From contig OX597818.1 of NCBI GenBank assembly GCA_951406725.2, positions 111,476,001 through 111,540,000 on the forward strand: 64,000 nt of DNA. Reading direction: 5' to 3'. Shown in pieces: positions 42,335-54,443 of the stretch. Made by a program: the position numbers and the translations under genes. How positions within the stretch are numbered: the stretch's first letter is position 1; each line of letters begins with the position of its first letter. Source of the DNA: Octopus vulgaris. Lineage: Eukaryota. The notes below the pieces were generated by a model, which had not been told where the DNA came from, made no database searches, and saw only the letters and a list, made by a program, of their open reading frames with translations.

Positions 42335-42587
42335 TCAAATTCAGAGTCCGGGGCACATTTTTAGAGATCGAAGAACGGGCTAAAATAGCAAATGTTTGAC
42401 CAACAACAAAGACGACTTAGCAGGCCTCAGCATCGAACTGCTTCTGCATATCAAATGGCGGAGAGCATGGTCGATGTCACATTGCCGAGCGTGTGGACTA
42501 GAGTCCTAACGATTGGCTGTGCTAATCACAGAGATATGATGATGACAATGACGACGATGATGAAGATGATGATGATGATAATGATGG

Positions 42588-42624
<37 letters not shown>

Positions 42625-42665
42625 GATGATGATGATGGCGACGACGATGACGATAATGATGGTGA
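42335..42665 (+). mobile_element. Possible degenerate RTE 3' end with (TGA)n tail
   Basis: GHIFR and KDDLAGLSI...KWRR fragments followed by a (GAT)n array at 42535-42665. Confidence 0.3.
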
Positions 42666-43260
42666 AGACGTGGGTAAGATATCTGCGTGTTTAAGGTTAT
42701 GTCCAGCCTAATTCCGTTTCAATGATTTTATAAATTTGACAATGTTATTTCATTTGTTTTGTGTATAACTTTCAGTGTTGTGGTCCCTCCAAACTTATCC
42801 AGTATTAGATGAAGTTAAACAACAACAACAACAACAACAACAATAACAGCAGCAGCAGCAGCATGTGTAACAGCAATAATGACAGAGTCAATAGCAGCAA
42901 CATTTGTATAAGAACAAAATCACCGAACGAACATCAATAATGAAATATGAAGTGCAGCAGCTGGGAAATGGCAACAACAACAACAACAACAACGACGACG
43001 ACGCGGGATCAGAGCAAAGCCGTCGAAGTAATTTGTTACAACGAACACTAACCTTCGTTCGTGTTATAACATGTTTAATGTTGGACATTTAATTTTTTAT
43101 TTGCAAAAGTCCTGACGCCAACGTGCGTGTATGTAGGTAACTGTATTACATGAAATACGTATTTCGTAAATATATATCAGTGTATAAAGCTATCGACCAG
43201 GCTATCGGATGTCCTTATACAACGCTGGTAACCAATGCGCTTCCACGCGTTGTTGTAGGG

Positions 43261-43428
43261 CAGTGGTTCCCAACCTTTTAATTACCAAGGACCGCTCTTT
43301 ATGTAAGTGAGTTTTCCTACGGATCCCCAGGATAATGAAAGGTCTGTCAGCTTAACAGGTCCACGGACCACCAGCGTTACCTTTGTGGACCACCAGGGGC
43401 TCCGCGCACCACAGATTGGGAACCACTG
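43261..43428. mobile_element. hAT (Charlie-like) MITE, 168 bp
   Basis: 13-bp TIRs cagtggttcccaa / ttgggaaccactg; 8-bp TSD ttgtaggg (43253-60) / ttgaaggg (43429-36). Confidence 0.9.
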
Positions 43429-43569
43429 TTGAAGGGTTTGAATGAGGCCAGTCCGCTGCCTAGGGATATAAATGCGTACAAGTCAAAGCTAATGGTATAC
43501 AAATGTCTCACACTCATAAATTTGAAGTCGCATGAAAGCGAAACGGCCTTAAAAAGAAATCATGACGAT

Positions 43570-43670
43570 TGCATCGACCCCTAGTGCGTAACTGGTACTT
43601 ATTTAATCGACTCCGAAAGGATGAAAGCAAAATCGACTTCGGCGGAATTTGAACTCAAAAAACGTAACGG
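43570..43670 (-). mobile_element. SINE family A, internal fragment
   Basis: agtgcgtaactggtacttatttaatcgactccgaaaggatgaaagc...ggcggaatttgaactc. Confidence 0.8.
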
Positions 43671-43739
43671 ATATATATATATATAACTCCTAGTAAATAA
43701 ATGCTTTGAGCGCGTTTTTCTTTCATGTGGCCACTTCCT

Positions 43740-43786
<47 letters not shown>

Positions 43787-43984
43787 CATGAGTAGAGGAA
43801 GAGTACACACGAAGATGGAAAGTGTCGCCGAGGAGGTCACAGATGTGTGACGAAAGATTTCCAGACGATGGGCATGGGTTAGAAGAAGAACAGTAAACGA
43901 GTGAAGAACGAATATAGAGTGCGTGTGTTTATTTGCCACAAAAACAAAGAAAAATACAAAAACAAATGACCATCTCGAAATACA

Positions 43985-44030
<46 letters not shown>

Positions 44031-44894
44031 GTATTGGTATCTAGAAGACCCAAAGAGTGTCAGGTAACGCTAAGTAAGTGCTAAGGACATATCGTAGTTA
44101 AACTCTTGGTTCGCTAGTGATACGAGTAAGAAGTCTAATGTGGGTCTTGTACTATCATGCATGTATATATATTGTATAAAGGATGATGGGTATCAAATGA
44201 GCAGAGGAAAAGTACACACGATCCTTTATACAATATAGTCTACACAATACTTCATAGTGAATATATATATTTATGTATGTGTGTGTGTCTGTGTGTTTGT
44301 ATGCATGAATGTATATCCTTCCTATTAGACCTTGTCTTGCCGCCGAAACAAGGAGAAGGCTATCGATGGCAGAAAGTGGCCAGAGGCTTTCATCCAATGC
44401 TTACCTGAGTGGAACAGTATTTAACATTTACATGCATCAGTTCACTTGCTGTTGGCGAACATGACCTGTTTTTAACCGACTTAGGTCTTGTCTGTCAATA
44501 TACTTAACTCTTAGTCATTCGTGCGCACACACACACGTGAATGTATATAGTGATTATAGAACTGTATAAGATAAGGCTACAGCTTCAAATAACAAAGCGA
44601 CTCCCACTGCTTGTCTCATAAGAGCAACGTATGCGTGTCACTTTCCATGAAGACCGTCAGATTTAACCTTGTCTCGCAATCTCAGGTCGTTCGTTGATGA
44701 CTCTGGTGTCTGTGTACTTCGCTATGTCGCTCATGTCACTTTAAGGAATCTGACCTAAATGGCTCAGCGGATAAAGAATTATATTGTTGTATTTGTTTCT
44801 ACTGCCCATGCGAAAGATATGCTACTCCGAGTCATTTCCGTAGTGACATAAATGTGTGTGTATATAAATATATATACACTTGTCATTCACATGT

Positions 44895-44929
<35 letters not shown>

Positions 44930-45008
44930 ATTAATACTTAATTAATTAATTTTACCCTTTGTTATTATATATATACTTAAGTAATACTTAATTAATTTTA
45001 CCCTATGT

Positions 45009-45053
<45 letters not shown>

Positions 45054-45099
45054 TTTATACATACATATATGTATATATATGTATATATATATATTCATT

Positions 45100-45260
45100 T
45101 ATTTGTTTCAGTCATTAGACTGCGGCCATACTGGAGCACCCCAGGGTTTATTCTTTGTAAGCCTAGTACTTAATCTAATAGACTCTTTGCGAACCGCTTA
45201 GTTATGGGGACATAAACACACCAGCATCTGTTGTCAATCGATGGTGGGAGTACAAACACC
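45100..45260 (-). mobile_element. SINE family B, 3' half
   Basis: tttcagtcattagactgcggccatactggagcacc...aaacacaccagcatc. Confidence 0.8.
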
Positions 45261-45282
45261 ATATATATGTATATATATATAT

Positions 45283-45474
45283 GACCACGTGTGTATCGTT
45301 GGCGATTTTCTTTCTCCGTCTTCCCTTCCTTGGACTTTTCCTTTTTTCTATATTTCTGACGAAGAGCTCCACTCGAAACGTTAAATCTATCTTTCCTTTC
45401 CTGAGCGTCCAATAACGCTATACTTGTTCTACGTCCTCGCGTTGTTGATTTCTATTTGTTCATGTTGGATTAAC

Positions 45475-45478
<4 letters not shown>
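45283..45478 (+). mobile_element. Penelope-like pLTR fragment
   Basis: Homologous to 24625-24822; bounded by (TA)n on both sides. Confidence 0.7.
45352..45386 (+). ncRNA. Minimal type-I hammerhead ribozyme motif
   Basis: ATTT-CTGACGA-A-GAG(ctcca)CTC-GAAACGTT-AAAT, with palindromic AACGTT in place of stem III. Confidence 0.7.
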
Positions 45479-45552
<74 letters not shown>

Positions 45553-46939
45553 AATAAGTTGTAAATGAAAGGAAACACAAGTCTACACAATGAATGACAG
45601 TGTAAATTGAATTCGATTTGCTACAGGCGGCAACAGTTTGTGAAAAACAGAAACAGCTGTGATGTTAAAAATTATCTTCAAATTAACTACCGAACTTAAT
45701 TGATTTTTAAGAATATTTATACTGTCGTTCATTCTGCGTGAAATAACAGCCAACTCTTCTTCAAGTCATTTCACTCAATGATCAGAACAATGTATATTTG
45801 ATAATATAAACTTAGAACAGTGTCTGGCATTCACAAAAGACAGGACAATTGTTTGGAAAACTTTTGATCAACAGTAATGACCCGAGACTAAACAGTAATA
45901 AAAGCAACTTGTACATTATCCTCAAAGGAAAATGATATCTCAGTCAACCTTATCTAGAAGTGAAGAATAAAAGACGGAATGCGACAAGACAAAAACAAAA
46001 GATCATTAAATAGAAGATAAACTACATACGAAAGAAAATAACAGATTACGTGAAGAGATAGTGTGAGGGGAAAAGTCACTCTGAAGAAAATATGTTTAAA
46101 AGAACTAAAATCAAATTACAACAAAAACAAATCACAGGAACTCGAAGAGGTTACCGTTTGTTGCGATTGTTTAGCTGAGATCATACCGAAGAAAATGTAC
46201 GATCAAACTTTTTCAGACACCATCATAGCGTCTTTTATATTTTCGGCGTCGTGTCTAGGATTGCGTAGTCTAATATGTTCTTCGGTTTCCTTATAATTTT
46301 GAGATATTCAGGCAAAAAATATTTTCTCTTTTATCAAAAGACACCACATGCAAGAGAAAATTATGCAGACCAGATTTACGTAGTTATGAATTGTCAACAA
46401 GACACATTTCTACAAAAACGAAAGAAAGTGTGTAAGGAAAAAATGATAAAATATGAAACCACGAAGGGCATAGATTAGATTTTATTCTATATTAAGTATT
46501 CATTCCTCTATACACGCTGTGTGGTACAAATGTTCCTCATTCACCAATTTGTTTTGGTTGTGATGAACTAAATTTACTTATGTAAAATAAGTTTCCGACT
46601 ACCAAAATGTCTTGTGTGTTGGGCAAACAGGCCCTCCTAGATCTGGAGTTATCAGCAAAAGAAGGCGATACTCTCACTTGTACACATTTATATCTCTGCA
46701 TGTACATCAGAAATATAAAAAAAGAAACTCCTTTCAATTTAACAAAGAAGGTTCATAACTGAAGCTATTTTTATAAATACAAACGAACAAAAGCGTCTTA
46801 AATGAAACCTTGGTACGAAGAAAAACAGAAGAGATAGAAGAAGGATAAGAAAAAGAAGAAGACGAAGGAGAAGATGAAGAAGAAGAAGATGAAGACGACG
46901 AAGAAGAAGAAGAAAACCTATCAAAATTATAATTATAAT

Positions 46940-47155
46940 GGTGATGAGTTGGCAGAATCGTTAACATGCTGGGAGAAATGCTCAGCGGCATTTCGTTCGT
47001 CTTTACGTTCTGAGTTCAAATTCCACCGAGGTCGACTTTGCCTTTCATCTTTTCGGGGTCGATGAAATAAGTATCAGGAAAGTACTGGAGTTGATGTAAA
47101 TCGACTTAGCCGCTCCCTCGAAATTGCTGGCATTGTGCCAAAATTTGAAACCAAA
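46940..47155 (+). mobile_element. SINE family A, tail type 2
   Basis: ggtgatgagttggcagaatcgtta...gagttcaaattccaccgaggtcgactttgcctttcatc. Confidence 0.85.
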
Positions 47156-47437
47156 ATTATACTTTGAGATAAAAGATTAAAAATAATTAAAATTTAACAA
47201 CAGAAATTTAATTAAACTAAGCAGTTCGTGTCACATATTTAATAAGGTTTATAGTCACACCCTAGAAATAAATCTACAATCGGTAAATGCTAAAGAATTA
47301 CAATAATACCAACTGCAGGTGGTTTATGACTTTTGTTCTCTGCTCTGCCAAATCTGACAGACTAAACAGACTAGTGGCTACCATGCTGCATGTTTAGTCA
47401 TTAACTATTTCATTTATGAAGCCTTTCCCAGGAATTT

Positions 47438-47480
<43 letters not shown>

Positions 47481-47763
47481 AAGGAATTATAGGTTAGGAT
47501 GAACGCCTGGCACTTATTTTCATCGCTTGATACAGGACCTGTTATACAGAGAAATTGTTAAGAAACTACAAACCACACGAATATTAAATTGATTGAATGA
47601 TCCTATAATTTCTGAGTTGTACTTACGCGAGAGAATTGATCTAAGATCATGTGTTAGAACTGAGGCAACATGGAAGAGTCATTTCAGCCAGTTAGAAAAA
47701 CACACAATTGCTATCTTCATTTTCGTATTATAATTAGTAATTTTAGTATTTTAATTATCAATA

Positions 47764-47948
47764 GGCACAGGAGTGGCCGTGTGGTAAGTAGCGTGCTTAC
47801 CAACCACACGGTTCCGTGTTCAGTCCTACTGCGTGGCACCTTGGTCGACCAATGCCTTGTGAGTGGATTTGGCAGACGGAAACTGAAAGAAACCCGTCCT
47901 ATATATGTATGCATGTATGTATGTATGTATATATATATATATATACGC

Positions 47949-47979
<31 letters not shown>

Positions 47980-48181
47980 TGTGTGTGTATGTTTGTGCGT
48001 CTGTATTTGTCCCGCCAACATTGCTTGACAACCGATGCTGGTGTGTTTACATCCCCGTAACTTAGCGGTTCGGCAAGAGACCGATAGAATAAGTCCTGGG
48101 GTCGATTTGCTAAAACTAAAAATGGTGCTCCAGCATGGCCGCAGTCAAATGACTGAAACAAGCAAAAGAGTAAAAGAGTAA
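47764..48181 (+). mobile_element. SINE family B, full length with internal deletions
   Basis: ggcacaggagtggccgtgtggtaag...gactgaaacaagcaaaagagtaaaagagta. Confidence 0.9.
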
Positions 48182-48347
48182 GCGTAATCGTATTTTAAAT
48201 TATCACAACCCTTTGTCAAGGTTCTGCAACGCTAATCACAGACACGATTTCACTGTATCTTTTTACAGTTATTTTGGAAATGTATGTATGAAATTCTGTA
48301 CGATAGTTGCCTACTCTATGTATATATGTATATATATGTACGATGAA

Positions 48348-48572
48348 GGCGGCGAGCTGGCAGAAACGTTAGCATGCCGGGCGAAATGCGTAGCCGTATT
48401 TCGTCTCTTGATACGTTCCGAGTTCAAATTCCGCCGAGGTCGACTTTGCCTTTCATTCTTTCGGGGTCGATAAATTAAGTTGCAGTTACGCACTGGGGTC
48501 GATATAATCGACTTAATCCGTTTGTCTGTCTTTGTTTGTTCCCTCTGTGTTTACCCCTTGTGGGTAGTAAAG

Positions 48573-48576
<4 letters not shown>
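48348..48576 (+). mobile_element. SINE family A, tail type 1
   Basis: Full head; tail tttgtctgtctttgtttgttccctctgtgtttaccccttgtgggtagtaaagaaata. Confidence 0.92.
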
Positions 48577-48645
<69 letters not shown>

Positions 48646-49547
48646 AAGCAATCTATAAATTCTACAACCGTTGGTTCTATACACTTATGTAGCTCACGTG
48701 TAGTTGACAGAAAGACGCATTAAGTGATATTACAAAAGCAAAAACTCTGTCACCGTGGTTCACTAACAAATTTACCTTATGCTCACACTAGCATAATAAT
48801 CGATTCTTTAATGATTCACCTGCAGCACTGGTGAAATTCAGTCCCAAATGAAACACCAACGAGAAAATGAAAGACCTCGTAAAAAACAACAAAATTATAT
48901 AATATATTAATTGGCTAAACAAACTTTGCCAGTAAAGCCATAAACGCAACCGAACTTACGTCAGAGGAAAACCATCCAATGAACTGCAAGTCCTTTCAAT
49001 TAACGGTGCGCAATAAAAGCGCGGCAATCAAACACTTATGCACTCTTCACATTCTTTAACCATAAATATAAAGGAGAGGAAAGAAGAGTGAAAAACTGCA
49101 ATCTCAACAGTTTAACTAAGTTTCATGTAGTTTCTAGTAGGTGCAACATGGAGAAGAGTAAATATTAATAACCTGGAGAAGGAAGAAATATATAATTCAA
49201 TCAATAAGTAGTCTTCGTACTAACGTAATGATAAACTGTTGGTGAATAAATTCTATGAAATGGATTACAGTTCTCATTTAAAGCTCATTACAAGGGGACG
49301 AGAAGCGATAAACTTTGCACGGTTTTATTTCTTTGCTTCAGGTGTTAAGTTCCATACTCGTCCGTCATTAGTGTAATTGGAGCTAGCAATAATTCTAATA
49401 ATTATATCTCTCGATGTCGTCTAAAATCATTGGTCGTATTTCAATGTATGAAATATTCTTCGTTCAATTTTTAAACGCGGAGCCGCCATTAAAGTACTGT
49501 TTTAGATTTTTAAGAAGTTAAAAAAAAAAAAATAGCGTCAGCTTTAA

Positions 49548-49764
49548 TATTGGTTTTAGATTTTGGTACCAGGGTTCCAGCTTCGGTGTAGGGGATTAGT
49601 CGATTTCATCGACCCCAGTGCTCCAGTGACACTTATTTTATCGACTTCAAAAGGATAAAAGACAAAGTCAACCACGACGGAATTTGAACTTCGAACATAA
49701 AGACGGACGAGACATCACTAAGCATTTTACCCGGAGTACTAACGGTTCTGCCAGCTCACTGCCT
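49548..49764 (-). mobile_element. SINE family A, diverged, tail type 2
   Basis: catcgaccccagtg...ggaatttgaact...ttctgccagctcactgcc. Confidence 0.8.
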
Positions 49765-49769
49765 TAACG

Positions 49770-49840
<71 letters not shown>

Positions 49841-49842
<2 letters not shown>

Positions 49843-50217
49843 TACAGACCGAACCATCAAGGCCAATAAACCAGATATTGTTGTGAAAGACCAAAACAAT
49901 AAAGTTTGCTTATTGATCGACATGAGCATCCCCTGTGATCATAATATCTCAGCGAAAGAGTTTGACAAGCTCAGAAAATATAAAGACCTACTCATTGAAA
50001 TTGAGAAAATGTGGCACCTCAAGGCGGTTACAATACCAGTGATCGTAGGAGCACTAGGAATGATCAAGAAGGGAACCGAAAATTATATGAGAATGATCCC
50101 TGGCTTACCATCCCTGCAAGAAGTGCAAAAGATTGTCTTAACTGGTACATCACACGTATTGAGAAGAGCATTGTCGATGTGAGAACTGTTGCTGCTCATG
50201 TATTTTAATTTAACTTA
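49841..50217 (+). mobile_element. R4/Dong-type 3' fragment, subfamily A (RLE domain, open to stop at 50182)
   Basis: TDRTIKANKPDIVVKD...LLIDMSIP...DKLRKYKDL...PVIVGALG; starts directly after (TAA)n at 49770-49840. Confidence 0.92.
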
Positions 50218-50920
50218 AAAAAACATGTAATGAAAAGAAATATTACAAGTAACTGCAGAATATGTGGAGATGGACAAGAAACAATAAATTATATTATCTC
50301 TAGCTGCCCAGTCCTGGCTAAGAAGGAATATATTCACAGACATGACAGAGTTGGAACCTACATACATTGGAAGCTATGCCAACATTATGGAATAACAACA
50401 GAAAAAAGATGGTATAGGCACACACCAGAAAAGGTCACAGAAAACGAGAAAGCAACCATATTCTGGGATATGCCGATACACACAGATAGAGAAATTAAGG
50501 CCAACAGACCAGATATAGTTGTCAGAGATCATGAAGAAAAAAATGCTTTCTAATTGATGTATCAATACCGGCAGATGACAACGTGTCTCTAAAAGAAATG
50601 GAGAAACTCTCAAAATACAAAGACCTGGAAATAGAGGTAACTAGAATGTGGAATCTGAAAACAGAAACAATTCCTATCATAGTAGGTGCATTAGGCATGA
50701 TAAAAAAATATTCAGACAAATACATAACAAAAACACCAGGACTTACAAACACATATAACATACAGAAAATTGCACTACTAGGCACTGCACACATCCTACG
50801 CAGAACACTTTCCATACAATAACCATCAGAGCATCACAACAAATTACAGCACATACCCAAGGCACACAGAGCTGCGCTCGGTAGTGAAGTGAAAGCACGC
50901 TATAAAAATAAAACTACTGA
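50218..50920 (+). mobile_element. R4/Dong-type 3' fragment, subfamily B (zinc knuckle, RLE, 3' UTR), one frameshift
   Basis: CRICG...ETINYIISSC, RHDRV, RPDIVV; continues in the -1 frame as CFLIDVSIP..EKLSKYKDL; followed by (TAA)n. Confidence 0.93.
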
Positions 50921-50937
50921 ATAATAATAATAATAAT

Positions 50938-51490
50938 GCCCTGATGCAGTACCAGGCAGTGGCTCTCATGGCTTCTGATCTTAACTGATCGCAAGTGTTA
51001 TCATGTACATTGTTTTGTCTTGGTATAAAAGAGGGCTACAGCAAATATTCTCCTCAATACCACAGATTTGCTTGTCAGTTGTTTGACCGTAACCAGTTGA
51101 GTATGTCCCTTAGTGGCTGACGATATGTGCATCTCTGATCACGAGCAGAAGTAGTGGGGGAGCATTATAGCCATGTGTTGAGAGGGATTCTTTGGGGTTT
51201 GAATGATTCACCTCTGGAAACATGGGTGGTTCTTTCAACATCCTTAAACAACCCTTATTCAGGGACCTTTTGAGCGGGATGGGCTACTCAACCTGAAGAA
51301 AATTCTAACTGGGCCCCACCTGCAAGGTCATGTGCTGCTTATCTTGATATGAGATCACCATGTCGCGCACATATGGTTGTGATGCATGTGCCTGGTGTAC
51401 CCTTATCAGGCGGGTAGTCATGATGGGTATATTGGGCTTCGTATATTTTACCCCAGTGTCACTTTGATGGCATGAACTGCTCTCTCACTC
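50938..51490 (+). mobile_element. Non-coding TAA-associated companion retroposon, longest copy (553 bp)
   Basis: Bounded by (TAA)n; no ORF of 60 aa or more in the track; two other copies share its 3' end. Confidence 0.8.
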
Positions 51491-51509
51491 AATAATAATA
51501 ATAATAATA

Positions 51510-51550
<41 letters not shown>

Positions 51551-52504
51551 TATTATTATTATTATTATTGTTATTATTATTATTATTATTATATCTGAAA
51601 GTTAAGCAACTGTGCTCGAGAAGCAATGCGGTGTCGTTCAAAGAATGCGAACTCTCGTTATGTCGGTGTTGTCAGATGGTGTTACATTTCCTACTTAGCC
51701 ATCCATGTCCTGAAATTCATTTTTTCCCCCTTTTCTTTCATTCCTAAATGCTATCGGGTTTCTATTTACAAAGTATATCGTGACTAATATCGATTTCTGT
51801 CGTTTGGTTTAACACAGCCGCAAATATAAGCGAGAGAGTTTGAGAGAAAGGAAGGCGGGGGCGGGGGGTGAGAGAAGGGGAGGATATGAGAGAGAGAGAG
51901 AGGGGGGGGGAGATCGATTTAATCAAAAAATCCTCTCTGTTTGAATGGTACATATTTTATCGACTCTGGGGAAATGAGAAGCAAAGTCGATCTCAGCTGC
52001 TTATGGAATAAGAACATAACGAAACAGTGCGTGGTAACATTTCTTCTTCTTCTTCTCTACCATTCACCTTGCAAAACTGTGACACACGAAAATAAGTAAA
52101 AGTGCAATTACTTGAAAGAATGTTCTTTTCTTTTCTGTATTTAACAAATTGTTCTTCCATGAATGATAGAACTATCTTCCGTTCATGTGGTTAAAACCTA
52201 TAGAAATAAAACAAAAGAAACAAAATATCGGTTACCATCGTTTAATTCTTTATCAATTTTGTGAAAGAGTATCATAAAACAAAAAAAAAAATGGTTTTCA
52301 TCACACATATTTTTGTTATAAGATTTGGTGCATTTCCTTCTACCGTTTCCTGTTTTCAAGTTTCCCTCTTTATTCCCGTTCTTCCTTCTTTCCTATTATT
52401 TTCTTCCTCTTTGTCCATTCACCTACTTTTACCTCATTCACTTTTCCCACACTGTATATACATGTATATGTATATATATATATGTATATGTATATGTATA
52501 TCTT

Positions 52505-52558
<54 letters not shown>

Positions 52559-52588
52559 TTGAGTTGTGGGGTATCGCACGAGTGGGAT

Positions 52589-53950
<1,362 letters not shown>

Positions 53951-53957
53951 AGAAGAT

Positions 53958-54116
53958 GGGCTTCTTTTCAGTTTCCGTCTACCAAATCCACTCACAAAAC
54001 ATCGATCAGCCCGAGTCTATAGTTGAAGACACTCGCCCAAGGTGCCACATAGTGGGACTGAACCCAGAACCATGTGGTTGGGAAGCAAGCTTGTTACCAC
54101 ACAGCCACTCCTGCGC
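53958..54116 (-). mobile_element. SINE family B, 5' half
   Basis: Reverse complement of ggcgcaggagtggctgtgtgg...gaaactgaaaagaagccc. Confidence 0.88.
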
Positions 54117-54443
54117 CTATTTATTACCTCTGCCTTAGTGAAGGCCGAGGTATTGTTTTTCAGACGCGTTTGTTTGTTTGTCTGTGGACAAGATATCTCA
54201 AGAATCGCTGGATGGATTCTAATGAAACTTTCAGCGATGTTTGACCTCGTGAGTGGCACAAACTGATTAGATTTTGGTATCGATCCGGTACCGAACAAGA
54301 ATTCTGGATTATTTTACCTGTTTTTTACTTAATATTTGAGAGCGGTTGGGTTCAGTTTTAGTATTCTCGTTTGTCAGAACAGTCGAGTTTATTTCAGATA
54401 TTCTCGCTTTAAAATTCATCTCTGGCTAATCGTTGAGAGGACG

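Noticed and set aside
50938-51010. Ribozyme at the 5' end of the companion element
   Set aside because: CTGATGC is not followed by a stem II and GAAA, and I could not build an HDV double pseudoknot by eye
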